Source: Candidatus Enterousia sp.
GTDB taxonomy: Bacteria; Pseudomonadota; Alphaproteobacteria; Rs-D84
DNA: 64,000 nt
Reading direction: 5' to 3'
Assembly (NCBI GenBank): GCA_045613785.1
Contig: JAZLBQ010000003.1
Coordinates: forward strand, 32,001-96,000
In this document: in pieces, positions 21,668-31,268 of the stretch
How the letters are laid out: each line of letters begins with the position of its first letter
Numbering within the stretch: position 1 is the first letter of the stretch
Translations under genes and position numbers: made by a program
Notes under the pieces: generated by a model
Database searches by the model: none
The model's input: only the letters and a program-made list of their open reading frames with translations
What the model was told of the DNA's origin: nothing

Positions 21668-22627
21668 TTGTCTTATATATTCTGTGGCATGGTTATGTAT
21701 GGCAACGATTTTATTTATGATATAAATTTACCACGGGTAAAGCACGTGGCGTTGACTGGTTTTTTGTCAAAAAAATGGCATAGATTTCATGCTTATTTGC
21801 AACATATTGTTTATAATTGTGATGTTTCGCCATATCTGGGAGCGTTGCCACCAGAGTTGAGAAGACGGGTGGATAGAAAGAATATATCTCAGGTAACATC
21901 AGATTTTCGTAATATGTTGGAAGATTTTTTGATTCAAAATGCCTATGAGATTTATTCAATGGATAAGGATAGGGTTTATAATATTCCACAGATTGGCGAT
22001 TTGTTTGGAACACAGTGCGTTTTAGAAGCCAAAGGGGTAAATGTGTATGGTGTAAATCCTTGGAGTGGTGCGTCGGGGTTTGTATTAAAAATGTCCTTTC
22101 CAGAGATAAATGCACATTATGCATTAAAGTTGTTTTATAAAGATAGACCCGAATGGATCGATTATGATCATGGTGTTTGGTTTGAAGTTGCAACTGCATT
22201 GGCTGCAAATAAGGCAGAACCAAAGGATAATAATCCAATGTATATGGCATCGTTTATATATGAAAAATATATGATGTCGGCTTGGGCTGGGGACGAGGAT
22301 GGTATAAAAGAACGTGAAAATAAAAATAGTATATTTTGCACTACTCCAAAAGAAAGTGAATCCAGAAATTTGCGGTCGGGTCGTAGAATCGATTGGGGTG
22401 AAACATATCGGACAGATTATGGGGCTTTGACATACAGGGGGCGTAAATTGATACGTCAAATTATGGCACTGGATGCAAAGGCTGTTAAAAAAACGCTTGA
22501 TAAAAAGTCTGATGGCTTGACTGAAAAAGAATTAAAACATGCTGTCGAACTGGCTGGATTATTGGCGTATTATGATGACAATCTGCCAGTTCAACAGTTT
22601 ATGAAACAGAATTCTTTAGGTCGCTAA
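21668..22627 (+). CDS. Hypothetical protein with degenerate protein-kinase-like motifs
   Basis: SGASGFV, YALKLF, RN…RIDWG; true start probably a few codons downstream (MVMYGND). Confidence 0.6.
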   Translation: MSYIFCGMVMYGNDFIYDINLPRVKHVALTGFLSKKWHRFHAYLQHIVYNCDVSPYLGALPPELRRRVDRKNISQVTSDFRNMLEDFLIQNAYEIYSMDKDRVYNIPQIGDLFGTQCVLEAKGVNVYGVNPWSGASGFVLKMSFPEINAHYALKLFYKDRPEWIDYDHGVWFEVATALAANKAEPKDNNPMYMASFIYEKYMMSAWAGDEDGIKERENKNSIFCTTPKESESRNLRSGRRIDWGETYRTDYGALTYRGRKLIRQIMALDAKAVKKTLDKKSDGLTEKELKHAVELAGLLAYYDDNLPVQQFMKQNSLGR

Positions 22628-22635
22628 GACTTTTC

Positions 22636-23469
22636 TTATTTGATAACTAGGTTTAATAGGCGTTTTACAATGTCTGCACTGGCACTGTCGCCAGAAGGGG
22701 CGTATTCAACAAATTCAAAGCTGTGTGCGTCGCTAAATTCACGAATTAAATATTCTGCGGCTTTGACTGTTATACCATTGCCAGCAGGAACTAAGACATC
22801 ACGGAAATATTTTGGGTCTATTGCGTCAAAGTCAAATGAAACGACAAATGGGCGATTGCCAATTTTGTTGCGGACTTCATTTACAGCTGTTTCCCAATCG
22901 GATTTTGTTTGTAATTGATGCGCTGGTCGAATATAAATATTTTTTTCGCTGGCGTATTCTATTTCGGCAGGTTCATATGATCGTGTTGCCAGATAAAATA
23001 AACTTTCTGGTTTTAGGGCAGGGACTGTGTCTTGCAAGGTTAGCCAACGTTTGTCGCCATCGCCCAGCAAGGCACGGACGTTTGTGCCATGAGGTGCACC
23101 AGATGCCTGAGCCTGTGCGGATTCAGGTGTGTGAATATCTAAATGTGCATCGATATATACCAAGCATAAATCTTGGGTTGGAATTTGGTTGCGTAGTGCA
23201 ACAAAATGTCCGTAATTTACAGAATGATCGCCACCAATCATTATGTGCTTGTCGCAGGGAGTGTTAGCGTATATTTTTTTTTGAATTTTAAAGTTTTCAC
23301 CAAAACGGTCGTTGGCACATTCGTTTGCATCAAACGGGTCTGCGACAACAGTTGTCCATTTTGCGTTAGTGAACATTTGTTTTACTGCGGTTGGTGCCAA
23401 TGCAGGACCGCCCTCTATGGCGGTGCGTAAGCAGCCACGTCCGTATTCTATACCAAAAAAGTGAATCAT
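22636..23469 (-). CDS. Arginase/ureohydrolase family protein
   Basis: GGDHS, DAHLDIHTP, SGAPHG, SFDFDAIDP. Confidence 0.9.
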   Translation of the reverse strand: MIHFFGIEYGRGCLRTAIEGGPALAPTAVKQMFTNAKWTTVVADPFDANECANDRFGENFKIQKKIYANTPCDKHIMIGGDHSVNYGHFVALRNQIPTQDLCLVYIDAHLDIHTPESAQAQASGAPHGTNVRALLGDGDKRWLTLQDTVPALKPESLFYLATRSYEPAEIEYASEKNIYIRPAHQLQTKSDWETAVNEVRNKIGNRPFVVSFDFDAIDPKYFRDVLVPAGNGITVKAAEYLIREFSDAHSFEFVEYAPSGDSASADIVKRLLNLVIK

Positions 23470-24446
23470 TTGTATGCCTCTACTATACTCTCGGCGGCGT
23501 TTTGAAGTTTTAATAATGATTTTTCATAGGTTTCACAATCACGTGAAATTTCAGAACGGTATGCGTCGTGCAGGTTGGCCGCCATGTAATAACAACCACG
23601 CAGGTGTTGAACGCAATATTCGTGGCCTGTATTAAATGCGTTCTGACCACGAACACGACTTTCAGTATCTGCCCAGTTTATGTTCAGGGCATTGTCAATA
23701 TTTTCAAATGAATTTTCGCCGTAATATTTGCCGACAGTATTCATCCAGTATTCATTCATTTCATTGTCAGACCATTGGTTCGTTGATTTTATTGTCAGAA
23801 TTTGACGAAGCAACGAATCGATAGCAGGACGATATTTCGAATCGATTTGTGCCAGTTTGGAACTGCAATAACAACGGTTGTATTCTGTGTCGTCACGTTC
23901 GCAATAGCTGTTCATACATTCGGTATAATCTGCCATACAGCGAACAGATGAAATGCGTGCACTGTCTGATTCAACAAAGTTTGCGGCTGCATTTGCACTG
24001 GTCTTGTAATTATAAGAATTTTCTGTGCGAGAAGAACGATTCGTTGCAGCTATTTTTGTCCCAGATGTTCCAGAACGTGCAACAACACGGCGTTGTGTTG
24101 CAGGGGCAGAATATGTTGTTTGGCTGGGCGTGGCACTGCGTGCATTTGTCGTAGCAATTGTGCGACGGGCAGCCGTGGTTGTAGCACTGCGACCAGTGCC
24201 TGTGCGTGGAACAACACGACGCTGGGCAGCCATTGGGGTAGTTTTTACAATCGTATTTATAGGGCTGAGTGATTGCGATGTCGTTGTTCCTGGGTTTAGG
24301 TTTGTTCGCATTTGATTGCTTAGATAAGGATACATATAGTTATAATTGTATGGAGTTGTGTTTGTCAGTTGTGCATCACGAGTTGCACAAAATGCACCTG
24401 TTGTTAGGCCGAAAAATGCAATAAAACAAAGTATTCTTTTTCTCAT
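23466..24446 (-). CDS. Secreted hypothetical protein, paralog of 1071..4175
   Basis: Signal peptide, T/R/A-rich linker, CxxxYxECMxxYC…RCYCSS motif. Confidence 0.8.
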   Translation of the reverse strand: MRKRILCFIAFFGLTTGAFCATRDAQLTNTTPYNYNYMYPYLSNQMRTNLNPGTTTSQSLSPINTIVKTTPMAAQRRVVPRTGTGRSATTTAARRTIATTNARSATPSQTTYSAPATQRRVVARSGTSGTKIAATNRSSRTENSYNYKTSANAAANFVESDSARISSVRCMADYTECMNSYCERDDTEYNRCYCSSKLAQIDSKYRPAIDSLLRQILTIKSTNQWSDNEMNEYWMNTVGKYYGENSFENIDNALNINWADTESRVRGQNAFNTGHEYCVQHLRGCYYMAANLHDAYRSEISRDCETYEKSLLKLQNAAESIVEAYK

Positions 24447-24489
24447 TTGTTTACATCATAGGAAACTTAGAAGAAAAATAAAAGAAAAA

Positions 24490-24518
24490 TTTGCATTTTA
24501 AAAAAATACTGTTATAAT
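24490..24518 (+). promoter_or_regulatory. Sigma70 promoter of tRNA-Pro
   Basis: TTGCAT-N16-TATAAT with extended TG, just upstream of the tRNA. Confidence 0.6.
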
Positions 24519-24529
24519 AGGTTTCGTTT

Positions 24530-24606
24530 CGGGGTGTAGCTCAGTCTGGTAGAGTGCTTGGTTTGGGACCAAGATGTCGAAGGTTCGAATCCTTTCGCCC
24601 CGACCA
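24530..24606 (+). tRNA. tRNA-Pro (TGG)
   Basis: CGGGGTGTAGCTCAGTCTGGTAGAGTG-CTTGG-TTTGGGA-CCAAG…GGTTCGAATCC…CCCCGACCA. Confidence 0.96.
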
Positions 24607-24871
24607 GAGATAAATAAAAATACCGCAGTTGATGCGGTATTTTTATTTATTTTGGTGGAACTGTGGATTCGAACGGTAAATCAAAATTTACCGGGTTCGA
24701 ATCTTTCCCTCGGTTTGGTGCGGTGTGCACCAAACCTGTGGGGCATTCGTGACAATTTGCCTGCGTTTAAGCACTTGGCAAATTTACTCATTGTCGCCCC
24801 GACCAGAATTAAAAATGTCGCTTTGTGCGGCGTTTTTTTTGTCTGGGGCGTGCGGATTCGAACGGTAAATT
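24607..24871 (+). repeat. tRNA-linked palindromic repeat with duplicated tRNA 3' end
   Basis: TCGCCCCGACCAGA recurs at ~24794-24807; GGATTCGAACGGTAAAT occurs at ~24666 and ~24854; each tRNA end is followed by a terminator-like hairpin. Confidence 0.75.
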
Positions 24872-25059
24872 GAATGATATTATGTAGCAGTATTTGATTG
24901 GCAAAGTAATGTATTTCTAAATATTGGATTTTATAAAGATTTGTTAGGTGGTGGTTAGGGCTGGAAACATTTTGATTTGGCTGAAAATTTTGTTTGATTT
25001 GGTTGAATATTGCAAAAATATAGGATATTATATACGGGATAATTTGCGAGGTGTGTAAT

Positions 25060-26766
25060 ATGAACGTATATAATTTTATTTCTGATAATATTAAAACAAA
25101 AATTCAGGAAATTGATGCTGTTAAAGATGTTTTAACAGATGATGTTTTGAAAAATGTTGTTGTAGAAGTGCCAAAAATCCGTGATTTTGGGGATTTTTCA
25201 ACTAATGTTGCAATGGTTTTGGTTAAACTGTTAAAGAAGTCGCCACGTGATATTGCAGGTTTGATTTTACCAAAAATTGAAGAATTAGATTTTGTAGAAA
25301 GCGTTTCAATTGCAGGGCCTGGGTTTATCAATATAAAGTTAAAAGATGCCTTCTTGGTCAATCCTGATGCGTTTGCTTTGTCAAAAGATAATAGTTTTTC
25401 GCCTGTAACGGTTGATATGGATTATGGCAGTTATAATATCGGTAAAAATTTACATATTGGACATTTAAGAACAACTGTTGTTGGGGATACTTTTAATCGT
25501 ATCGCACGTTTTTTGGGGCATAAAACAAAGTGTTATAACCATATGGGTGATTGGGGGCTACCAATGGGGCTGATTATTGCCTGGATTTTAGAATATGGTA
25601 TGCCAAAAGATGCAGATGACATAAATGCAATGTATCCAGCATCGTATGCACGTGCCAAGGAAGATAAAGACTGGTTAGAAAAAGCACAAAAAATAACTTT
25701 TGAATTGCAAAATGGAAATCCTGAATATAATAAAATCTATAATGATTTTGCACCAATGTCCTTAAGCCAGATTTCCAAGATTTTGGTTCGCTTGAATATA
25801 GTGCCGTTTGATGAAAATAAAGGTGAACGTTTGGTCGCAGAATATGTGCCAGAAGTGCAAAAGATTTTGGAAGAAAAAAATCTGTTGGTGCATGATGATG
25901 GTGCGGATATTATTCCGGTAAAGTTGGAGTCTGATACAGCACCAATGCCGCCTGTGTTGTGGCGTTCTAGCGCGGGGGCTCAGACATACGCAGCGGCGGA
26001 TTTGGCAGCAATCTATTACAGAACAAAAACAGATAATCCTGATGATATTGTTTATTTTACAGATAGTCGTCAGAACTTGCATTTTACTCAGGTGTTCCGT
26101 GCAGCAAAATTGGCAGGTATGGATTCGGCAAATCTACAACATATCGGTTTCGGAACAATTACCGGAACTGATGGTAAGCCATTTAAGACACGTGATGGAA
26201 ATGTGCCAAGTCTGGATGAAATGGTTGATATGGTTGCAGATTCCGTTCGTAAACGTGCAGAAGAATCAGGTAAGAATTTGCCAGATGAAACCGTTGAAAT
26301 GATTGCGTTAGCTGCATTGAAATTTAATGATTTGATGCACGATGTAAAATCTGACTATGTGTTTGATACAGATGCGGTTACACAATTCGAAGGACGCACA
26401 GGGCCATATATTTTATATACTGCGGTGCGTTTGAATTCTGTGGTAAAGAAAGCAGAAGCAATGAATGTTGTGTCAAATATTGATGGTTATGCATTACAAC
26501 CGGAAGAACGTAATTTAATGTTGCGTTTGATGGATTTTGAACGTGTTGTTGAAAATGCTTTTGCACGTCGTGCAACGGATTTAACCGCAAATTATACATA
26601 CGATTTGTGCCAGGATATAAATACGTTCTATCATCATTGTCCGATTTTGCGTGATGATATTGATTTGGCGACAAAACAAGCCAGATTGTATATCGTTGGT
26701 CAGGCACGGAAAATACTGTTGACTGCCATTGATTTGATGGGGCTGCGTGTGCCAGAAGCAATGTAG
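25060..26766 (+). CDS. argS: Arginyl-tRNA synthetase
   Basis: FGDFSTN, AGPGFIN, HIGH, GDWG, FKTRDG, FEGRTGPYILY, ends PEAM. Confidence 0.96.
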   Translation: MNVYNFISDNIKTKIQEIDAVKDVLTDDVLKNVVVEVPKIRDFGDFSTNVAMVLVKLLKKSPRDIAGLILPKIEELDFVESVSIAGPGFINIKLKDAFLVNPDAFALSKDNSFSPVTVDMDYGSYNIGKNLHIGHLRTTVVGDTFNRIARFLGHKTKCYNHMGDWGLPMGLIIAWILEYGMPKDADDINAMYPASYARAKEDKDWLEKAQKITFELQNGNPEYNKIYNDFAPMSLSQISKILVRLNIVPFDENKGERLVAEYVPEVQKILEEKNLLVHDDGADIIPVKLESDTAPMPPVLWRSSAGAQTYAAADLAAIYYRTKTDNPDDIVYFTDSRQNLHFTQVFRAAKLAGMDSANLQHIGFGTITGTDGKPFKTRDGNVPSLDEMVDMVADSVRKRAEESGKNLPDETVEMIALAALKFNDLMHDVKSDYVFDTDAVTQFEGRTGPYILYTAVRLNSVVKKAEAMNVVSNIDGYALQPEERNLMLRLMDFERVVENAFARRATDLTANYTYDLCQDINTFYHHCPILRDDIDLATKQARLYIVGQARKILLTAIDLMGLRVPEAM

Positions 26767-26837
26767 GTTGAATAAAACCGCCCCATTGGGCGGTTTTGTG
26801 TTGTTTATCTTTGTGAATTTATAAATTGGGTGTGCTT

Positions 26838-28304
26838 ATGATAAGAATTTCAAAATCTGATTATGTTTTGGGGTTAAAATGTCCAAATGCATTGTGGTTC
26901 AAGAATTTTCGTAAGGATCTGATTCCAGAAAAAAATGATACTGTTCTTGAACGGGGGACTGCAGTTGGAGAATTGGCCTGTGATAGATTTCCAGGTGGTG
27001 TTCGAATTACTGCAAAGCCGTGGGAAGAAGAGGCCTTGATTCAAACTAAAAATGCAATGGACAAAGGTGCATCGTATATTTATGAGGCAACGTTCGCAAC
27101 AGAAACAGGCGAATATTGTGCAGTTGATATATTAAAAAATAATGGCGATGGAACATGGTCTATTATAGAGGTAAAGTCAACCACTGCTGTGCATCCGTAT
27201 CATACGCTGGATGTTTCGTTTCAACGATATGTTTGCGAAAGAGCTGGGGTTAAAATTTCTGGCTGTGGTGTGTTAGTGTTGGACAATAAATATGTCCGTT
27301 GCGGAGATTTGGATTTGCAACAGTTGTTTCAGTTGAATTCTGTTGATGAAGAAATGCAAGATATGGAAACTGTTGAAAAAGAGGTTGCACGATTACGGGC
27401 TTTGTTGGATGGGGCAGAGTTAGGTGTTGCGATATCCAAGGTAAAATGTAATAAGTTTTATGAATGTGGATATAAATATCATTGCTGGAAAGATGTGCCA
27501 GAATATTCTGTATTTAATGTGTTTCGTGGAAAACTTGCTGATGAGGTTTATGAAAAATATGGGATGGATTTAAAAAATGTGCCAGCAGAATTGTATGCAC
27601 GTCAGTTGCATCCTGGAGATATAGAGACTTTTTTGGATAATGTTGAACTGATAGATAGAAATGCGTTAAACGAATTTATTTCGGAATTAAAATATCCGTT
27701 GTATTTTTTAGATTATGAGTCAATACAATCTGCAGTGCCGATGTTTGATAATTCTCGTGCTTATCAACAGATTTGTTTTCAATTTTCACTGCATGTTCAG
27801 CGAAAGCCTGGGGCAGAGTTGGAACATTTTGAATATCTGCATGATGTGTCTGGTGCTGACCCTCGTCCGGGGTTGATAAAAAAATTGATAGCGTCCATTG
27901 GTAAAGAGGGCTCGGTAATTGTTTATAACAAGTCTTTTGAAAAAACAGCAAATGAAATGATGGCTGTTGATTTTCCAGAATATGCAGATGAATTGCGGGC
28001 GATAAATGATAGGGTGGTTGATTTAATGAATCCGTTCAAAGATAGGTTTTTATATCGACCATGTCAGATGGGCAGCTATTCAATAAAGAAGACATTGCCA
28101 ACCTTTGTGCCGGATATGACATATGAAGGTATGGGGATTTGTAATGGTGGTCAGGCTAGCGAAGAATTTATGGAATTTATGTTAGGACAACAGTCTTCAG
28201 AAAAATCAGAAAAGATGATGAAAAATTTACGTGAATATTGCGGACAGGATACGTTGGCGATGGTTCGCTTGCTGGATGTTGTTCGTGGTCTTATAACTGA
28301 ATGA
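26838..28304 (+). CDS. DUF2779-domain protein (PD-(D/E)XK-like N-terminus, RNase H-like C-terminus)
   Basis: ISKSDY…CP…W, VDIL…IIEVKSTT, C…C.Y…CW, YFLDYES, FQFSLH, YNKSFE, YCGQDT. Confidence 0.8.
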   Translation: MIRISKSDYVLGLKCPNALWFKNFRKDLIPEKNDTVLERGTAVGELACDRFPGGVRITAKPWEEEALIQTKNAMDKGASYIYEATFATETGEYCAVDILKNNGDGTWSIIEVKSTTAVHPYHTLDVSFQRYVCERAGVKISGCGVLVLDNKYVRCGDLDLQQLFQLNSVDEEMQDMETVEKEVARLRALLDGAELGVAISKVKCNKFYECGYKYHCWKDVPEYSVFNVFRGKLADEVYEKYGMDLKNVPAELYARQLHPGDIETFLDNVELIDRNALNEFISELKYPLYFLDYESIQSAVPMFDNSRAYQQICFQFSLHVQRKPGAELEHFEYLHDVSGADPRPGLIKKLIASIGKEGSVIVYNKSFEKTANEMMAVDFPEYADELRAINDRVVDLMNPFKDRFLYRPCQMGSYSIKKTLPTFVPDMTYEGMGICNGGQASEEFMEFMLGQQSSEKSEKMMKNLREYCGQDTLAMVRLLDVVRGLITE

Positions 28305-28327
28305 TTTATCGTTTTGATTGTTTAATG

Positions 28328-28358
28328 AAAAACAGGCACCGAAGTGCCTGTTTTTTTT
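28328..28358 (+). terminator. Intrinsic terminator
   Basis: aaaaaCAGGCAC-cgaa-GTGCCTG-tttttttt. Confidence 0.8.
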
Positions 28359-28439
28359 GTATTATGAGTTTTGTCTTGATTTAGTTAATGTGATTTAACT
28401 ATAATAGTTAGGTAGGGTGAATTATTTTGTGGTGGGATT

Positions 28440-28835
28440 ATGTATGAAGAATTGTTGATGTTTTGTGAAAATGTCTTGAAAAATCGGGCGGTTGTATCGA
28501 TTCGGCCTAGTGAAGTTCGTTTGTTGATGTTGCTGGGTAATGCTGGTGGCGTTTGTAATCCTGCGACAATAGCACAGGTGTTGGGAGTTTCAAAACCGAT
28601 GATAACTGCAAGTTTGGCAAATTTGATTAAATTGGGGTTGGTGGCCAAAGTTCCGTCGCCAGAAGATGGGCGAAGTGTATTGGTTCTGCCAACGAAAAAA
28701 GGTAGCCAGTTGTTGAATGAAATAAAACAAAAAAATCAAAACTTTATGGATGATTTGGCTGAAAAAATTGGGCGGAAAAAATTTGATTCTTTTATAAAAA
28801 CAATTGTGGATCTAAATAATTTGATGAAAAAATAA
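28440..28835 (+). CDS. MarR family transcriptional regulator
   Basis: Winged HTH, LIKLGLV…SPEDGRSVLV.PTKKG. Confidence 0.88.
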   Translation: MYEELLMFCENVLKNRAVVSIRPSEVRLLMLLGNAGGVCNPATIAQVLGVSKPMITASLANLIKLGLVAKVPSPEDGRSVLVLPTKKGSQLLNEIKQKNQNFMDDLAEKIGRKKFDSFIKTIVDLNNLMKK

Positions 28836-28843
28836 GAATTCAT

Positions 28844-28869
28844 ACCCGGCGAAACTTGCCGGGTTTTTT
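28844..28869 (+). terminator. Terminator-like hairpin between marR and efflux genes
   Basis: aCCCGGCGA-aac-TTGCCGGG-tttttt. Confidence 0.6.
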
Positions 28870-28884
28870 GATATCTTTTGAGGT

Positions 28885-29637
28885 ATGAAACAAGTTAAAA
28901 TAAAATGGATTTTTATTCTTTTGGCGATTTCGATTGTTCTGGTTGGGGGTGTAATTTTACTCAATCTGTGGGTAAATAAACGACCGTTTTTTTATGCTGG
29001 AACTTTGGAAACGACTAAGGTTGTTTTGGCGTCTCGGGTGGCATCAGATGTTGATGATGTTTTCGTTGTGGAAGGCGATGTTGTCCAAAAAGGGCAACCT
29101 TTGATGAATTTGTCTTGTGATGCGTATAAAATTTTGGCACGCCAAATTGATCGTGATTTTGAACGTGCTACGGCATTGTTGCAGCGTGGGCATATTACTG
29201 ATGTGGAATATGATGTGTTAGTGCGTAATAAACAGGATAATGACTTGCGATTAGGGTGGTGTTTAGTAAAAAGCCCAATAGATGGTTTGGTTATAACAAA
29301 ATTTCGTGAGGTAGGTGAAGTTGTCGCACCCGGAATGACATTGATTTCTGTGGCAAACCCATATGATATATGGGCGTATTTTTATGTGCCTTATACTGTT
29401 TTGCACAAATTAAAGGTTGGACAGAGAGTTGTTGGAGTTTTGCCAGAAGCCGAAAATATGAGTTTTTCAGGGCGGATTATAAAAATTAGCGAGGAAGCAG
29501 AATTTACACCAAAAAATGTCCAGACACGTGATGAAAGAACACGCTTGGTATATGGAGTCAAGGTTCAGTTTGATAATCCTGAACTGATTTTAAAATCAGG
29601 TATGACAATTGAAAGCACGTTGGAACAAGATGAATGA
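28885..29637 (+). CDS. HlyD-family membrane fusion protein (YbhG-like)
   Basis: N-terminal TM, VVEGDVVQKGQ, SPIDG, AEFTPKNVQTRDER. Confidence 0.9.
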   Translation: MKQVKIKWIFILLAISIVLVGGVILLNLWVNKRPFFYAGTLETTKVVLASRVASDVDDVFVVEGDVVQKGQPLMNLSCDAYKILARQIDRDFERATALLQRGHITDVEYDVLVRNKQDNDLRLGWCLVKSPIDGLVITKFREVGEVVAPGMTLISVANPYDIWAYFYVPYTVLHKLKVGQRVVGVLPEAENMSFSGRIIKISEEAEFTPKNVQTRDERTRLVYGVKVQFDNPELILKSGMTIESTLEQDE

Positions 29638-30382
29638 TGTTGCTATTTTGGTTGATGGTATATCAAAACGCTTTAAAAATATTTTAGCGTTAGATGATGT
29701 GTCTGGAAATTTCTCAAATGATAATTTGTATGGTGTTATTGGGCCTGCAGGGGCAGGAAAAACAACTTTGTTTCGGATAATGATGGAATTGATGCAAGCT
29801 AATTCCGGGGTCGTATCTTATTTTGAATATGGTAAGAAAATTTCATATGCGAATATACAAGAGCGTATTGCTTATATGCCGCAAAGTCAAAGTTTGTATG
29901 CAGATTTGTCTGTTGGGGAACATCTGGATTTTTTTCGTAAATTGTATGGAATTGATGATGCGGAATATTTCAAAAAAAGAAAGGATTTGTTGGGACTGGC
30001 TAGGTTGGAAAAATTTGTAGACAGACCAGCAGGTCAATTGTCAGGAGGAATGTATAAAAAATTGGGGCTGATATGTGCGTTGTTGCGGTCGCCTAGGATT
30101 ATGTTGCTGGATGAACCGACAAATGGGGTTGATCCAATTAGTCGGCGTGAATTCTGGGAATTGTTAAATGATGCAAAAAATAGTGGAATTTTAGTCATTA
30201 TGTCAACGGCTTATATGGACGAAGCTGAACGGTGCAGCAATGTAATGTTGATGGAGCGTGGACGTGTTTTGGCAACAGGGCAACCAGATGAATTGCTGAA
30301 AAAATATAACAGCCGAAATTTTGATGAACTGTTTTTTAAGCGGGGGCAACAGATATATGAAAAAGAAAATCGTAGAAGTTAA
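29630..30382 (+). CDS. ABC transporter ATP-binding protein
   Basis: GPAGAGKT, LSGGM, LLDEPTNGVDP; resembles the first half of YbhF. Confidence 0.92.
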   Translation: MNDVAILVDGISKRFKNILALDDVSGNFSNDNLYGVIGPAGAGKTTLFRIMMELMQANSGVVSYFEYGKKISYANIQERIAYMPQSQSLYADLSVGEHLDFFRKLYGIDDAEYFKKRKDLLGLARLEKFVDRPAGQLSGGMYKKLGLICALLRSPRIMLLDEPTNGVDPISRREFWELLNDAKNSGILVIMSTAYMDEAERCSNVMLMERGRVLATGQPDELLKKYNSRNFDELFFKRGQQIYEKENRRS

Positions 30383-31268
30383 AAATATGTCTGTTAAATT
30401 TGGAGATTTTGTTGCTGTGGACGATGTTTCTTTTGAGATCGGACGTGGAGAGATTTTTGGATTTTTAGGTGCTAATGGAGCAGGAAAAACAACAACTATA
30501 AGGGTGCTGTGTGGTTTGCTGCCTGCAACAAGTGGCGTCGTGTTTGTCGATGGTGTGCGATTTGTGTCTGGACAGGAAAACAAGATAAAAGAAAAGGTTG
30601 GGTATATGTCTCAACGTTTTACGTTGTATAATGATTTGTCTGTAAAAGAAAATTTTGATTTTGCCGCTGATTTACGTGATATGAATTCAAGGCAATATCT
30701 GAATAATCGTGAACGATTATTAAATTTTATTGGTTTTGATAGGCGATTAAATGTCTTGGTAAAAGATTTGCCAGGTGGAATAAAACAAGAAGTTGCATTG
30801 TGTGTTGCGTTGATTCATCAACCTTTGATTGTGTTTCTTGATGAGCCGACTGCTGGTGTCGCACCAACCGCAAGATTACGGTTTTGGCAATTGATAAAAG
30901 AATTGGCTAGGTCTGGAATCACAGTGTTTGTAACAACACATTATATGGACGAAGCAGAAAATTGTTCAAGAATTGCGTTGATGAAAGATGGGCGATTGAT
31001 TGCAATAGATAGTCCAGATGCGTTAAAGAAAAATACATTTGATGGAGATTTGTTTTCTTTGCGTCAAAAACGAAAAAATCCTTGTCGGCCGTTGCCAGAT
31101 GTGGTGGATGTTTGGCAGCCGTATGGTGCGAATTTTCATTTGCGTTTTCGTGATGGTGTTGATGTGGCAGAGCAATTGCGTCGCTTGAAGCAGGACTGGG
31201 AAATTAGCCAGATTACACCGTCACTAGAAGATGTGTTTATTAAATTGGTCGAAGGAAAAAGTAAATGA
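30357..31268 (+). CDS. ABC transporter ATP-binding protein
   Basis: GANGAGKT, LPGG, FLDEPTAG, THYMDEAE; resembles the second half of YbhF. Confidence 0.92.
   Translation: MKKKIVEVKNMSVKFGDFVAVDDVSFEIGRGEIFGFLGANGAGKTTTIRVLCGLLPATSGVVFVDGVRFVSGQENKIKEKVGYMSQRFTLYNDLSVKENFDFAADLRDMNSRQYLNNRERLLNFIGFDRRLNVLVKDLPGGIKQEVALCVALIHQPLIVFLDEPTAGVAPTARLRFWQLIKELARSGITVFVTTHYMDEAENCSRIALMKDGRLIAIDSPDALKKNTFDGDLFSLRQKRKNPCRPLPDVVDVWQPYGANFHLRFRDGVDVAEQLRRLKQDWEISQITPSLEDVFIKLVEGKSK

Noticed and set aside
24574-24873. 99 aa ORF, and the idea of a CRISPR array in the tRNA-Pro repeats
   Set aside because: The ORF starts inside the tRNA; only two repeat copies, tRNA-derived, without regular spacers or cas genes.
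26838-28304. Cas4 or CRISPR adaptation gene
   Set aside because: No cas1, cas2 or array nearby; the domain layout fits the DUF2779 family.
29630-31268. Frameshifted ybhF pseudogene
   Set aside because: Each ATPase has a complete motif set and its own start; split two-gene versions of this transporter are common.
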